Positions 41,501 to 56,400 of a stretch of 64,000 nt of DNA are shown in pieces. The notes beneath the pieces are model-generated. The model saw only the letters and a list, made by a program, of their open reading frames with translations. It was not told where the DNA came from and made no database searches. Source of the stretch: the human T2T-CHM13v2.0 reference genome, Homo sapiens; NCBI RefSeq assembly GCF_009914755.1, contig NC_060929.1. One strand, written 5' to 3'. A program made the translations under genes and the position numbers. Numbering within the stretch: the stretch's first letter is position 1; each line of letters begins with the position of its first letter.

Positions 41501-44500
41501 CTCTGTTTGATTCTGTTCCATTCCATTCTATTCCACGTGATTTGATTCCATTCCATTCTATTCTGTTTCATTCCATTCCACGACATACGATTCCATTGTA
41601 TTCCATTCCATTCGGGTACATTCCATTCCATTCCATTCCATCCAATTCCATTCCATTCCATTCTTGTACATTCCATTCCATTCCATTCCATTCCATTCCA
41701 TTCCATTCCATTGCACTCGAGTTGATTGCATTCCATTCCATTCCATTCCGTTCCGTTCCGTTCCATTCCATTCCATTCCATTCCATTCCATTCCATTCGG
41801 GTTGATTCTATTCAATGCCTTTACACTCCATTCCATTCCTTTCCATTCCATTCCATTCCATTCCATTCCATTCCACACAATTCCATTCCATTCCATTCCA
41901 TTCCAATTGGGTGAATCCATTCCATTCCATTTCGTTCCATTCCATTCTTCTATTCCGTTCCATTCCATTCCATTCCATTCCATTCCATTCCATTCCATTC
42001 CACTCCATTGCACTCACGTTGACTCCAATCCATTCCATTCCATTCCATTCCATTCCATTCCATTCCATTCCTTTGCACTCTAGTTGATTCCATTGAATTC
42101 CATTCCATTCCATTCCATTCCATTCCACTCGGGTTGATTCCATTCCATTCCTTTCCATTCCATTCCATTCCTCTCCATTCCACTCGGGTTGATTCCATTC
42201 CTTTCCATTGCACTCGAATACATTCCCTTCTATTCCCCTCGGAATGATTCCATTCCATTCCATTGCATTCCATTTTGTTCCATTCCATTCTATTCCGTAC
42301 CATTCCATTCCATTCCATTCCATTCCATTCCATTCCATTCCACGCCATTCCACTCGAGTTGATTCCATTCCTTTCCATTCCATTCGGGTTGAATCAATTC
42401 CATTCCATTCCATTCCATTCCATTGCATTCCATTGCACTCGGGTTGATTCCCTTCCCTTCCATTCCATTCCATTCCATTTCATTCCATTCCACTCCATTC
42501 CATTCGGAATGATTCCATTCCATTCCATTCCATTCCATTCCATTCCATTCCATTCCATTCCATTGCATTTCACTGTGTTTGATTCAGTTCCATTCCATTC
42601 CATTCCATGCGATTTGATTCCATTCCATTCTATTCCGTTTTATTCCATTCCACGCCATACGATTCCGTTGCATTCCATTCCATTCGGGTACATTCCATTC
42701 CGTTCGGGTACATTCCATTCCATTCCATTCCATTCCATTCCATTCCATTCCATTGCATTCTAGTAGATTCCATTCCATTCCATTCCATTCCATTCCATTG
42801 CACTCGGGTTTATTCCATTCCTTTCCATTCCACTCGATTACATTCCCTTCCATTCCATTTGGAATGATTCCATTCCATTCCATTCCATTCCATTCCACTC
42901 TTTTTGATTCAGTTCCATTCCATTGCATTCCACGCGGGTTGATTCCATTGCATTCTATTCCGTTTCATTCCAGTCCACTCCATTCGATTCCATTCCATTC
43001 CATTCCATTCCATTCTGGTAGATTCTATTCCATTCCACTCCATTCCATTACATTCGTTTAGGTTCCATTCCATTCCATTCCACTCCATTGCACTCACGTT
43101 GAATCCAATGCATTCCATTCCATTCCATTCCATTCCATTCCATTCCATTCCACTCGGGTTGTTTCCATTCCATTCCTTTCCATTCCATTCCATTCCTCTC
43201 CATTCCACTCGGGTTGATTCCATTCCTTTCCATTCCACTCGATTACATTCCCTTCCATTAGACTCGGAATGATTCCATTCCATTCCATTCCATTCCATTC
43301 CATTCCATTCCATTCCATTCCATTCCATTGCATTCCATTCCAATTTATTCCATTCCATTCCATTCCACCGAAGTTGATTCCATTCCATATGCATTCCATT
43401 CAATTCCATTCCGTTCCATTCCATTCCATTCCATTCGGGTTGATTTTATTCAATTCCTTTACACTCCTTTCCATTCCATTCCATTCCACACAATTCCATT
43501 CCCTTCCATTCCCTTCGAAATGTGTTGAAACCATTCCAATCCATTTAGTTCCATTCCATTCAATTCCGTTCCATTCCATTCCATTCCATTCCATTCCATT
43601 CCATTCCATTCCATGCTATTCCACTTGAGTTGATTCCACGCCATTCCATTCCATTCGGTTTGATTCCTTTCCATTCCATTCCGTTCCATTCCATTGCACT
43701 CGGGTTGATTCCGTACCATTCCATTCCACTCCATTCCGTTCCATTCGGGTTGATTCCATTCCATTCGATTCCATTCCATTCCATTACACTCGGGTTGATT
43801 CCGTTCCACTCCATTCCATTCCATTCCATTCCATTCCTTTCCATTCCATTTCACTCGGTTTGATTCCATTCCATTCCATTCCATGCCAATCCACTCAGGT
43901 TGATTCCATTCCATTGCATTCCGTTCCATTCCATTCTATTCCTTTCCACTCCATTCCATTCCATTCCATTCCATTCCATTCCTTTCCATTCCATTCCTCT
44001 CGGGATGATTCCATTCCATTCCATTCCATTCCATTCCTTTCCATTGCACTCGGGTTGATTCCATTGCATCCCAATCCATTTCATTCCATTCCATTCCGTT
44101 TCTTACCATTCCATTCCATTCCATTCCATTCCACTAGGTTTGATTCCTTTCCATAACATTCCAATCCATTCTATTCAGTTCCATTTCATTGCTTTACATT
44201 CCATTCCATTCGGTTCCTTTCCACTCCACTCTACTCGGGTTGATTGCATTTCATTCCATTTCATTCCATTCCATTCCATTTCATTCCATGCCATTCCATG
44301 CCATTCCACTCGGGTTGATTCCATTCCATTCCTTTCAATTCCATTGCATTCCCTTCCATTCCACTCGTGTGGATTTCATCACTTTCCTTTCCACTCGATT
44401 ACATTTCCTTCCATTCCCCTCGGAAAGAATCAATTCCATTCCATTCAATTCCATACCATTCCATTGCATTCCATTCCAATCCATTCCATTCCATTCCATT

Positions 44501-47400
44501 CCACTCGAGTTGATTCCATTCCATTCCGTTTCATTCCATTCCATTCCATTGGTGGTGATTCTATTCAATTCCTTAACACTCCATTCCATTCCATTCCATT
44601 CCACAAAATTCCATTCCATTCCATTCCATTCCAATCAGGTTGAATCCATTCCATTCCATTTCGTTACATTCCATTCTATTCTGTTCCATTCCATTCGTTT
44701 CCATTCCTTTCCATTCCATTTCATTCCATTCCATTCCACTCGGGTTGATTCTATTCCATTCCATTCCATTCCATTCCACTTAATTTCATTCCATTCCATT
44801 CCATTCCAGTTGATTCCACTCCATGCAATTCCATTCAATTCCACTCGGGTTGAATCCACTCCATTCCGTTTCAGTATATTCCATTCCAGTAAATTCCATT
44901 CCATTCCACTCCATTCCGTTCCACTCGTGTTGATTACATTCCATTCCATTCCATTCTGTTTCATTCCATTCGATTCTGTTCCATTCCATTGCATTTCATT
45001 CCATTGGACTCCATTCGATTCCTTTCCATTCCGTTGCATTCGGGTAGTTTCCTTTCCATTCCATTCCATTCCACTCCATTCCATACGGGTAGATTGCATT
45101 GCATTCCATTCCATTCCATTCCATTGCATTCCATTCCATTCCATTCCATTCCATTCCATTGCATTCCACTCCATTCGGTTAGATTGCATTATATTCCATT
45201 CCATTCCATTCCATTCCAATTGGATTGAATCCATTCCACTCCATTCCACTCCAATTGGATTGAATCCATTCCATTCCATTTCGTTCCATTCCATTCTATT
45301 CCCTAGCATTCCATTCCATTCAATTCCATTCCATAACGTGCCATTCCACTCGGGTTCATTCCATTCCATTGCATTCCATACCTTTCCTTACCAATTGGGA
45401 TGAATCCATTCCATTCCATTTCGTTCCATTCCATTCTATTCTGTACCATTCCATTCCATTCCATTCCATTCCATTCCATGCCATTCCCCTAGGGTTGATT
45501 CCATTCCATTCCATTCGGGTTGATTCCATTGCATTCCATGACATTACATGCCATTCCATTCCACTCCATTCCAATCGGGATGATTCCATTCCATTCCATT
45601 CCATTCCATTCCATTCCATTCCATTCCCTTCCATTCCGCTCGGGTTGATTCCATTCCTTTCCATTCCACTCGATTACAGTCCCTTCTATTCCACTTGGAA
45701 TGATTCCATTCCATTACATTCTATTCCATTGCATTCCATTCCAATCCATTCCATTCCACTCGAGTTGATTCCATTCCATTCCACTCCATTCCGTTCCATT
45801 CCATTCCGTTCCACTCGGGTGGATTCCATTGCATTCCATTCCATTCCGTTGCACTTGTGTTGATTCCATTCCATTCCATTCCATTCCATTCCATTCCATT
45901 CCATTCCATTCCATTCCATTCCATTCCATGTGATCCCACTCGGGTTGATTCCATTCCATTCCATTCCATTCCATTCCATTCCATTCCATTCCTTTCCATT
46001 CCATTCCATTCCATTCCATTCGGGTTGATTCCATTCCATTCCATTCCATTCCATTCAATTCCATTCCATTCCATTCCATTCCATTCCTTTCCATTCCATT
46101 CAATTTTGTTCCATTCCATTCTATTCCTTACCATTCGATTCCATTCCATTCCATTCCATTCCATGCCATTCCACTCGGTTTGATTCCATTCCATTCCATT
46201 CTATTCAGGTTGATTCCATTCCATTCCATTCCATTCCATTCCATTCCATTCCTTTCCATTCCATTACATTCCACTGCACTCGGGTTGATTCCATTCCATT
46301 CCATTCCATTCCATTCCATTCCATTCCACTCCATTCCATTCCATTCCATTCCATGCCATTCTACTCTGGTTCATTCCGTTCCTTTCCATTCGATTCGGGT
46401 TGAATCCATTCCATTCCATTCCATTCCATTCCATTCCATTCCATTCCATTCCATTCCATTGCATTTCATTGCACTCGTGTTCATTCCATTCCATTCCATT
46501 CCATTCCATTCCATTCCATTCTATTCCATTCCATTCCATTCCATTCCATTCGGGATGATTCTGTTCCATTCCATTCCATTCCATTCCATTCCATTCCATT
46601 CCATTCCACTCTGTTTGATTCAGTTCCATTCTATTCCATTCCACGCGATTTGATTCCATTCCATTCTATTCCGTTTAATTCCATTCCACGCCATACGATT
46701 CCATTCCATTCCATACCATTCGGGTACATTCCATTCCATTCCATTCCATTAGATTCTGGTAGATTGCATTCCATTCCATTCCATTCCATTCCATTCCATT
46801 CCATTCCCTTCCATTGCATTCCATTGCACTCGGGTTGATTCTATTCCTTTCCATTCCACTCGATTACTTTCCCTTCCATTCCACTCGGAATGAATCCATT
46901 CCATTCCATTCCATTCCATTGCATTCCATTCCAATCCATTCCTTTCCATTCCATTCCATTCCAATTGGTTTGAATCCATTCCATTCTATTTCGTTCCTTT
47001 CCATTCTATTCCATTCCATTCCATTCCATTCGGGTTTATTCTATTCAATTCCTTTACACTCAGTTCCATTCCACACAATTCCATTCCACTCCATTCCATT
47101 TCAAGTGGGTTGAATCCATTACATTCCTTTTCCTTCCATTCTATTCCATTGCATTCCATTGCATGCCATTCCAATCGGGTTGATTCCTTTCCATTCCATT
47201 ACATTCGGGTTGATTAAATTCCATTCCATGCAATTTCATTCCATTCCATTCCATGGCACTCGGGTTGATTCCAATTCATTCCCTTCCATTCCATTCCATT
47301 CCATTCCATTCCATTCCATTCCATTCCACCGGGTTCTGGCCATTCCATTCCTTTCCATTCCATTCCATTCCATTCCATTCCATTCCATTCCATTCCATTC
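36000..47400 (+). repeat. Large higher-order repeat, copy A (~11.4 kb, deletion-bearing form)
   Basis: Colinear with ~47400-61250. ORF offsets 37076/48484 (11408), 38686/50284 (11598), 41183/52732 (11549), 43459/54979 (11520), then 44635/58275 (13640) and 46814/60434 (13620). Confidence 0.88.
39300..42450 (+). repeat. Internal ~1.63-1.7 kb duplication inside the large HOR (repeated at ~50830-53970)
   Basis: ORF offsets 39510/41221, 40576/42208 and 40631/42263. Shared TTCTTCTATTCCGTT deletion (~40283, ~41945, ~51831, ~53490), plus TTGCACTCGAATAC...TTCCCCTCGG and GTTGAATCAATT. Confidence 0.8.
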
Positions 47401-50400
47401 CTTTCCATTCCATTCCACTCGGGTTCTTGCCATTCCATTCCATTCCATTCCATTCCATTCCATTCCATTCCATTCCACTCAGGTTGATTCCATTCTATTC
47501 TTTTCCATTCCATTCCATTCCACTCGGGTTGATTCCATTCCTTTCCATTCCACTCGAATACATTCCCTTCTATTCCACTCGGAATGATTCCACTCCATTC
47601 CATTCCATTCCATTCCATTCCATTCCATTCCATTTCATTTCGTTCTATTCCATTCTATTCCGTACCATTCCATTCCATTCCATTCCATTCCATTCCTTTC
47701 CATTCCATTGCATTCCATTCCACGCCATTCCATGCCATTCCACTCGGGTTGATTCCATTCCTTTCCATTCCTTTCGGATTGAATCCATTCCATTCCATTC
47801 CTTTCCATTCCATTCCATTCCATTCCATTGCACTCGGGTTCATTCCATTCCATTCCATTCCATTCTACTCCATTCCATTCGATTCCACTCCATTCCATTC
47901 GGGATGATTCCATTCCATTCCATTCCATTCCATTCCATTCCATTCCATTCCATTCCACTCTGTTTGATTCAGTTCCATTCCATTCCATTCCACGCGATTT
48001 GATTCCATTCCATTCTATTCCGTTTCATTCCATTCCACGCCATACGATTCCATTCCATTCTATTCCATTTGGGTACATTCCATTCCATTCCATTTCATTC
48101 CATTCCATTCTGGTAGATTCCAATCCATTCTATTCCATTCCATTCCATTCCATTCCATTGCACTCGGGTTGATTCCAATTCATTCCATTCCATTCCATTC
48201 CATTCCATTCCACTCCATTCCATTCCATTCCTTTCCATTCCATTCCATTCGGGTTGATTCTATTCAATTCCTTTACACTCCATTCCATTCCATTCCATTC
48301 CACACAATTCCATTCCCTACCATTCCATTCCATTCCATTCCTTTCCATTCCATGCCATTCCACTCGGGTTGATTCCTTTCCATTCCATTCCATTCCATTC
48401 TATTCCGTTGCACTCGAGTTGATTCCATTCCATTCCATTCCATTCCATTCCTTTCCATTCCATTCCTTTCCATTCCATTCCACTCAGGATGATTCCATTC
48501 TGTTACTTTCCATTCCATTCCATTTCCTTCCATTCCACTCGGGTTGATTCCATTCCTTTCCATTCCACTCGAATACATTCCCTTCTATTCCACTCGGAAT
48601 GATTCCATTCCATTCCATTCCATTGCATTCCATTTCGTTCCATTCCATTCTATTCCGTAAGATTCCATTCCATTCCATTCCATTCCATGCCATTCCACTC
48701 GAGTTGATTCGTTTCCTTTCCATTCCATTCGGGTTGAATCCATTCCATTCCATTCCATTCAATTCGATTCCATTCCATTGCACTCGGGTTGATTCCCTTC
48801 CATTCCGTTCCATTCAATTCCATTCCATTCCACTCCATTCCATTCGGGATGATGCCATTCCATTCCATTCCATTCCATTCCATTCCACTCTGTTTGATTC
48901 AGTTGCATTCCATTGCATTCCACGCGATTTGATTCCATTCCATTCTATTACGTTTCATTCCATGCCACGCCATACGATTCCATTCCATTCCATTCCATTC
49001 CATTCCGTTTCATTCCATGCCACTCCATACGATTCCATTCCATTCCATTCCATTCGGGTACATTCCATTCCATTCCATTCCTTTCCATTCCATTCTGGTA
49101 GATTCCATTCCATTCCATTCCATTCCATTCCATTCCATTCCATTCCATTCCATTCCATTCCTTTCTGGTAGATTCCAATCCATTCCATTCCATTCCATTC
49201 CATTCCATTCCATTGCACTCGGGTTGATTCCAATTCATTCCATTCCATTCCATTCCATTCCTTTCCATTCCATTCCCTTCCATTCCATTCTGGTTGTTTC
49301 TATTCAATTCATTTACACTCCATTCCATTCCATTCCATTCCACACAATTAAATTCCGTACCATTTCATTCCATTCCATTCCTTTCCATTCCATGCAATTC
49401 CACTCGGGGTGATTCCATTCCAATCCATTCTATTCGGGTTGATTCCATTCCATTCCATTCCATTCCATTCCATTCCATTCCATTCCATTCCATTCCATTC
49501 CATTGCATTCCTTTTCACTCCAGTTGATTCTATTCCATTCCATTCCATTCCATTCCATTCCATTCCATTGCACTAGGGTTGATTCCATTCCATTCCATTC
49601 CATTCCATTCCATTCCATTCCTTTCCATTCCATTCCACTCGGGTTGATTCCATTCTATTCTTTTCCATTCCATTCCATTCCGTTGCATTCCACTCGTGTT
49701 TATTCCATTCCTTTCCATTCCACTCGAATATATTCCCTTCTATTCCACTCGGAATGATTCCACTCCATTCCATTCCATTCCATTCCATTCCATTCCATTC
49801 CATTCCATTCCATTCCATTCCATTCAAATTCATTTCGTTGCATTCCATTCTATTCCGTTCCATTCCTTTCCATTCCATTCCATGCCATTCCACTCGGGTT
49901 GATTCCATTCCTTTCCATTCCATTCGGATTGAATCCATTCCATTCCATTATATTCCATTCCATTCCATTCCATTCCACTCCATTCCATTCCATTCCACTC
50001 CATTCCATTCGGGATGATTCCATTCCATTCCATTCCAATCCATTCCATTCCATTCCACTCTGTTTGATTCAGTTGCATTCCATTCCATTCCACGCGATTT
50101 GATTCCATTCCATTCTATTCCGTTTCATTCCATTCCACGACATACGATTCCATTCCATTCCACTCCATTCGGGTACATTCCATTCCATTCCATTCCATTC
50201 CATTCCATTCCATTCTGGTAGATCCCATTCCATTCCATTCCATTCCATTCCATTCCATTCCATTCCATTCCATTCCACTCTGGTTGAATCCGATTCATTC
50301 AATTCCATTCCATTCCATTCCATTCCATTCCATTCCTTTCCGTTCCGTTCCATTCCATTCCATTCCTTTCCATTCCATTCCATTCCATTCCATTCGGGAT

Positions 50401-53400
50401 GATTGTATTCAGTTCCTATACACTCCATTCCATTCCATTACATTCCACACAACTCCATTCCGTACCATTCCATTCCATTCCATTCCTTTCCATTGCATGC
50501 CATTCCACTCGGGTTGATTCCATTTCATTCAATTTTGTTCGGGTTGATTCCATTCCATTCCATTCCATTCCATTGCATTCCATTGCACTCGAGTTGATTC
50601 CATTCCATTCCATTCCATTCCATTCCACACAATTCCATTCCGTACCATTCCATTCCATTCCATTCCATTCTATTCCATTCCATTGCATTCCATTGCACTC
50701 GATTTGATTCCTTTCCGTTCCATTTCATTCCATTCTATTCGGGTTGATTCCATTCCATTCCATTCCATTCCATTCCATTCCATTGCACTCAAGTTGATTC
50801 CATTCCATTCCATTCCGTTCCATTCCAATCCTTTCCATTCCATTCCACTCGGGTTGATTCCATTCTATTCTTTTCCATTCAATTCCATTCCCTTCCATTC
50901 CACTCGGGTTGATTCCATTCCTTTCCATTCCACTCGAATACATTCCCTTCTATTCCACTCGGAATGATTCCACTCCATTTCATTCCATTCCATTCTATTC
51001 CATTTCATTTCGTTCTATTCCATTCTATTCCGTACCATTCCATTGAATTCCATTCCATTCCATTCCATTCCATTCCATGCCATTCCACTCGGGTTGATTC
51101 CATTCCTTTCCATTGCATTCGGATTGAATCCATTCCATTCCATTCTTTCCATTCGATTCCATTCCATTGCACTCCGGTTCATTCCATTCCATTGCATTCC
51201 ATTCTACTCCATTCCATTCCATTCCACTCCATTCCATTCGGGATGATTCCATTCCATTCCATTCCATTCATTCCATTCCATTCCACACAACTCCATTCCG
51301 TACCATTCCATTCCATTCCATTCCTTTCCATTGCATGCCATTCCACTCGGGTTGATTCCATTTCATTCAATTTTATTCGGGTTGATTCCATTCCATTCCA
51401 TTCCATTCCATTGCATTCCATTGCACTCGAGTTGATTCCATTCCATTCCATTCCATTCCATTCCATTCCATTCCATTACACACAATTCCATTCCGTACCA
51501 TTCCAATCCATTCCATTCCATTCCATTCCATTCCATTCCATTCCATTCCATTCCATTCCACACAATTCCATTCCGTACCATTCCATTCCATTCCATTCCA
51601 TTCCATTCCATTCCATTCCGTTCCATTCCATTGCACTCAAGTTGATTCCATTCCATTCCATTCCATTCCATTCCATTCCATTCCATTCCATTCCATTCCA
51701 TTCGGGTTGATTCTATTCAATTCCTTTACACTCCATTCCCTTCCATTCCATTCCATTCCACACAATTCCATTCCATTCCATTCCATTCCAATTGGGTTGA
51801 ATCCATTCCATTCCATTTCGTTCCATTCCATTCTTCTATTCCGTTCCATTCCATTTCCATTCCTTTCCTTTCCATTCCATGCCTTTCCACTCGTGTTGAT
51901 TCCATTCCATTCCATTCTATTCGGGTTGATTCCATTCCATTCCATTCCATTCCATTCCATTCCATTCCATTCCATTCCATTCCATCACACTCGAGTTGAT
52001 TCCATTCAATTCCATTCCATTCCTTTCCATTCCATTACTTTCCATTCCATTCCACTCAGGTTGATTCCATTCTATTACTTTCCATTCCATTCCATTCCCT
52101 TCCATTCCACTCGGGTTGATTCCATTCCTTTCCATTGCACTCGAATACATTCCCTTCTATTCCCCTCGGAATGATTCCATTCCATTCCATTGCATTCCAT
52201 TTCGTTCCATTCCATTCTATTCCGTACCATTCCATTCCATTCCATTCCATTCCATTCCATTCCATGCCATTCCACTCGAGTTGATTCCATTCCTTTCCAT
52301 TCCATTCGGGTTGAATCAATTCCATTCCATTCCATTCCATTCCATTGCATTCCATTGCACTCGAGTTGATTCCTTTCCATTCCATTTCATTCCATTCTAT
52401 TCGGGTTGATTCCATTCCATTCCATTCCATTCCATTCCATTCCATTCCACACAATTCCATTCTGTACCATTCCATTCCATTCCATTCCATTGCACTCAAG
52501 TTGATTCCCTTCTCTTCCATTCCATTCCATTCCATTCCATTCCATTCCATTCCATTCCTTTCCATTCCATTCCACTCTGGTTGATTCCATTCTATTCTTT
52601 TCCATTCCATTGCATTCCCTTCCATTCCACTCGGGTTGATTCCATTCCTTTCCATTCCACTCGAATACTTTCCCTTCTATTCCACTCGGAATGATTCCAC
52701 TCCATTCCATTCCATTCCATTCTATTCCATTTCATTTCGTTCTATTCCATTCTATACCGTACCATTCCATTGAATTCCATTCCATTCCATTCCATTCCAT
52801 GCCATTCCACTCGGGTTGATTCCATTCCTTTCCATTCCATTCGGATTGAATCCATTCCATTCCATTCCTTTCCATTCGATTCCATTCCATTGCACTCCGG
52901 TTCATTCCATTCAATTCCATTCCATTCTACTCCATTCCATTCCGTTCCACTCCATTCCATTCGAGATGATTCCATTCCATTCCATTCCATTCCATTCCAT
53001 TCCATTCCATTCCGTTCCATTCCGTTCCATTCCATTTCATTCCATTCCACTCTGTTTGATTCTGTTCCATTCCATTCTATTCCACGTGATTTGATTCCAT
53101 TCCATTCTATTCTGTTTCATTCCATTCCACGACATACGATTCCATTGTATTCCATTCCATTCGGGTACATTCCATTCCATTCCATTCCATCCAATTCCAT
53201 TCCATTCCATTCTTGTACATTCCATTCCATTCCATTCCATTCCATTCCATTGCACTCGAGTTGATTGCATTCCATTCCATTCCATTCCATTCCGTTCCGT
53301 TCCATTCCATTCCATTCCATTCCATTCCATTCCATTCCATTCGGGTTGATTCTATTCAATGCCTTTACACTCCATTCCATTCCTTTCCATTCCATTCCAT

Positions 53401-56400
53401 TCCATTCCATTCCATTCCACACAATTCCATTCCATTCCTTTCCATTCCAATTGGGTTGAATCCATTCCATTCCATTTCGTTCCATTCCATTCTTCTATTC
53501 CGTTCCATTCCATTCCATTCCATTCCATTCCATTCCATTCCATCGCACTCGAGTTGATTTCATTCCATTCCATTCCATTCCATTCCATTCCATTCCATTC
53601 CTTTGCACTCTAGTTGATTCCATTGAATTCCATTCCATTCCATTCCATTCCATTCCACTCGGGTTGATTCCATTCCATTCCTTTCCATTCCATTCCATTC
53701 CTCTCCATTCCACTCGGGTTGATTCCATTCCTTTCCATTGCACTCGAATACATTCCCTTCTATTCCCCTCGGAATGATTCCATTCCATTCCATTGCATTC
53801 CATTTTGTTCCATTCCATTCTATTCCGTACCATTCCATTCCATTCCATTCCATTCCATTCCATTCCACGCCATTCCACTCGAGTTGATTCCATTCCTTTC
53901 CATTCCATTCGGGTTGAATCAATTCCATTCCATTCCATTCCATTCCATTGCATTCCATTGCACTCGGGTTGATTCCCTTCCCTTCCATTCCATTCCATTC
54001 CATTTCATTCCATTCCACTCCATTCCATTCGGAATGATTCCATTCCATTCCATTCCATTCCATTCCATTCCATTCCATTGCATTTCACTCTGTTTGATTC
54101 AGTTCCATTCCATTCCATTCCATGCGATTTGATTCCATTCCATTCTATTCCGTTTTATTCCATTCCACGCCATACGATTCCGTTGCATTCCATTCCATTC
54201 GGGTACATTCCATTCCGTTCGGGTACATTCCATTCCATTCCATTCCATTCCATTCCATTCCATTCCATTCCATTGCATTCTAGTAGATTCCATTCCATTC
54301 CATTCCATTCCATTCCATTCCATTGCACTCGGGTTTATTCCATTCCTTTCCATTCCACTCGATTACATACCCTTCCATTCCATTCGGAATGATTCCATTC
54401 CATTCCATTCCATTCCATTCCATTCCACTCTTTTTGATTCAGTTCCATTCCATTGCATTCCACGCGGGTTGATTCCATTGCATTCTATTCCGTTTCATTC
54501 CAGTCCACTCCATTCGATTCCATTCCATTCCATTCCATTCCATTCTGGTAGATTCTATTCCATTCCACTCCATTCCATTACATTCGTTTAGGTTCCGTTC
54601 CATTCCATTCTACTCCATTGCACTCACGTTGAATCCAATGCATTCCATTCCATTCCATTCCATTCCATTCCATTCCATTCCACTCGGGTTGATTCCATTC
54701 CATTCCTTTCCATTCCATTCCATTCCTCTCCATTCCACTCGGGTTGATTCCATTCCTTTCCATTCCACTCGATTACATTCCCTTCCATTAGACTCGGAAT
54801 GATTCCATTCCATTCCATTCCATTCCATTCCATTCCATTCCATTCCATTGCATTCCATTCCAATTTATTCCATTCCATTCCATTCCACCGAAGTTGATTC
54901 CATTCCATATGCATTCCATTCAATTCCATTCCGTTCCATTCCATTCCATTCCATTCGGGTTGATTTTATTCAATTCCTTTACACTCCTTTCCATTCCATT
55001 CCATTCCACACAATTCCATTCCCTTCCATTCCCTTCGAAATGTGTTGAAACCATTCCAATCCATTTAGTTCCATTCCATTCAATTCCGTTCCATTCCATT
55101 CCATTCCATTCCATTCCATTCCATTCCATTCCATGCTATTCCACTTGAGTTGATTCCACGCCATTCCATTCCATTCGGTTTGATTCCTTTCCATTCCATT
55201 CCGTTCCATTCCATTGCACTCGGGTTGATTCCGTACCATTCCATTCCACTCCATTCCGTTCCATTCGGGTTGATTCCATTCCATTCGATTCCATTCCATT
55301 CCATTACACTCGGGTTGATTCCGTTCCACTCCATTCCATTCCATTCCATTCCATTCCTTTCCATTCCATTTCACTCGGTTTGATTCCATTCCATTCCATT
55401 CCATGCCAATCCACTCAGGTTGATTCCATTCCATTGCATTCCGTTCCATTCCATTCTATTCCTTTCCACTCCATTCCATTCCATTCCATTCCATTCCATT
55501 CCATTCCATTCCTTTCCATTCCATTCCTCTCGGGATGATTCCATTCCATTCCATTCCATTCCATTCCTTTCCATTGCACTCGGGTTGATTCCATTGCATC
55601 CCAATCCATTTCATTCCTTTCCATTCCGTTTCTTACCATTCCATTCCATTCCATTCCATTCCACTAGGTTTGATTCCTTTCCATAACATTCCAATCCATT
55701 CTATTCAGTTCCATTTCATTGCTTTACATTCCATTCCATTCGGTTCCTTTCCACTCCACTCTACTCGGGTTGATTGCATTTCATTCCATTTCATTCCATT
55801 CCATTCCATTTCATTCCATGCCATTCCATGCCATTCCACTCGGGTTGATTCCATTCCATTCCTTTCAATTCCATTGCATTCCCTTCCATTCCACTCGTGT
55901 GGATTTCATCACTTTCCTTTCCACTCGATTACATTTCCTTCCATTCCCCTCGGAAAGAATCAATTCCATTCCATTCAATTCCATACCATTCCATTGCATT
56001 CCATTCCAATCCATTCCATTCCATTCCATTCCACTCGAGTTGATTCCATTCCATTCCATTCCATTCCATTCCATTCCATTCCGTTTCATTCCATTCCATT
56101 CCATTGGTGGTGATTCTATTCAATTCCTTAACACTCCATTCCATTCCATTCCATTCCACAAAATTCCATTCCATTCCATTCCATTCCAATCAGGTTGAAT
56201 CCATTCCATTCCATTTCGTTACATTCCATTCTATTCTGTTCCATTCCATTCGTTTCCATTCCTTTCCATTCCATTTCATTCCATTCCATTCCACTCGGGT
56301 TGATTCTATTCCATTCCATTCCATTCCATTCCACTTAATTTCATTCCATTCCATTCCATTCCAGTTGATTCCACTCCATGCAATTCCATTCAATTCCACT

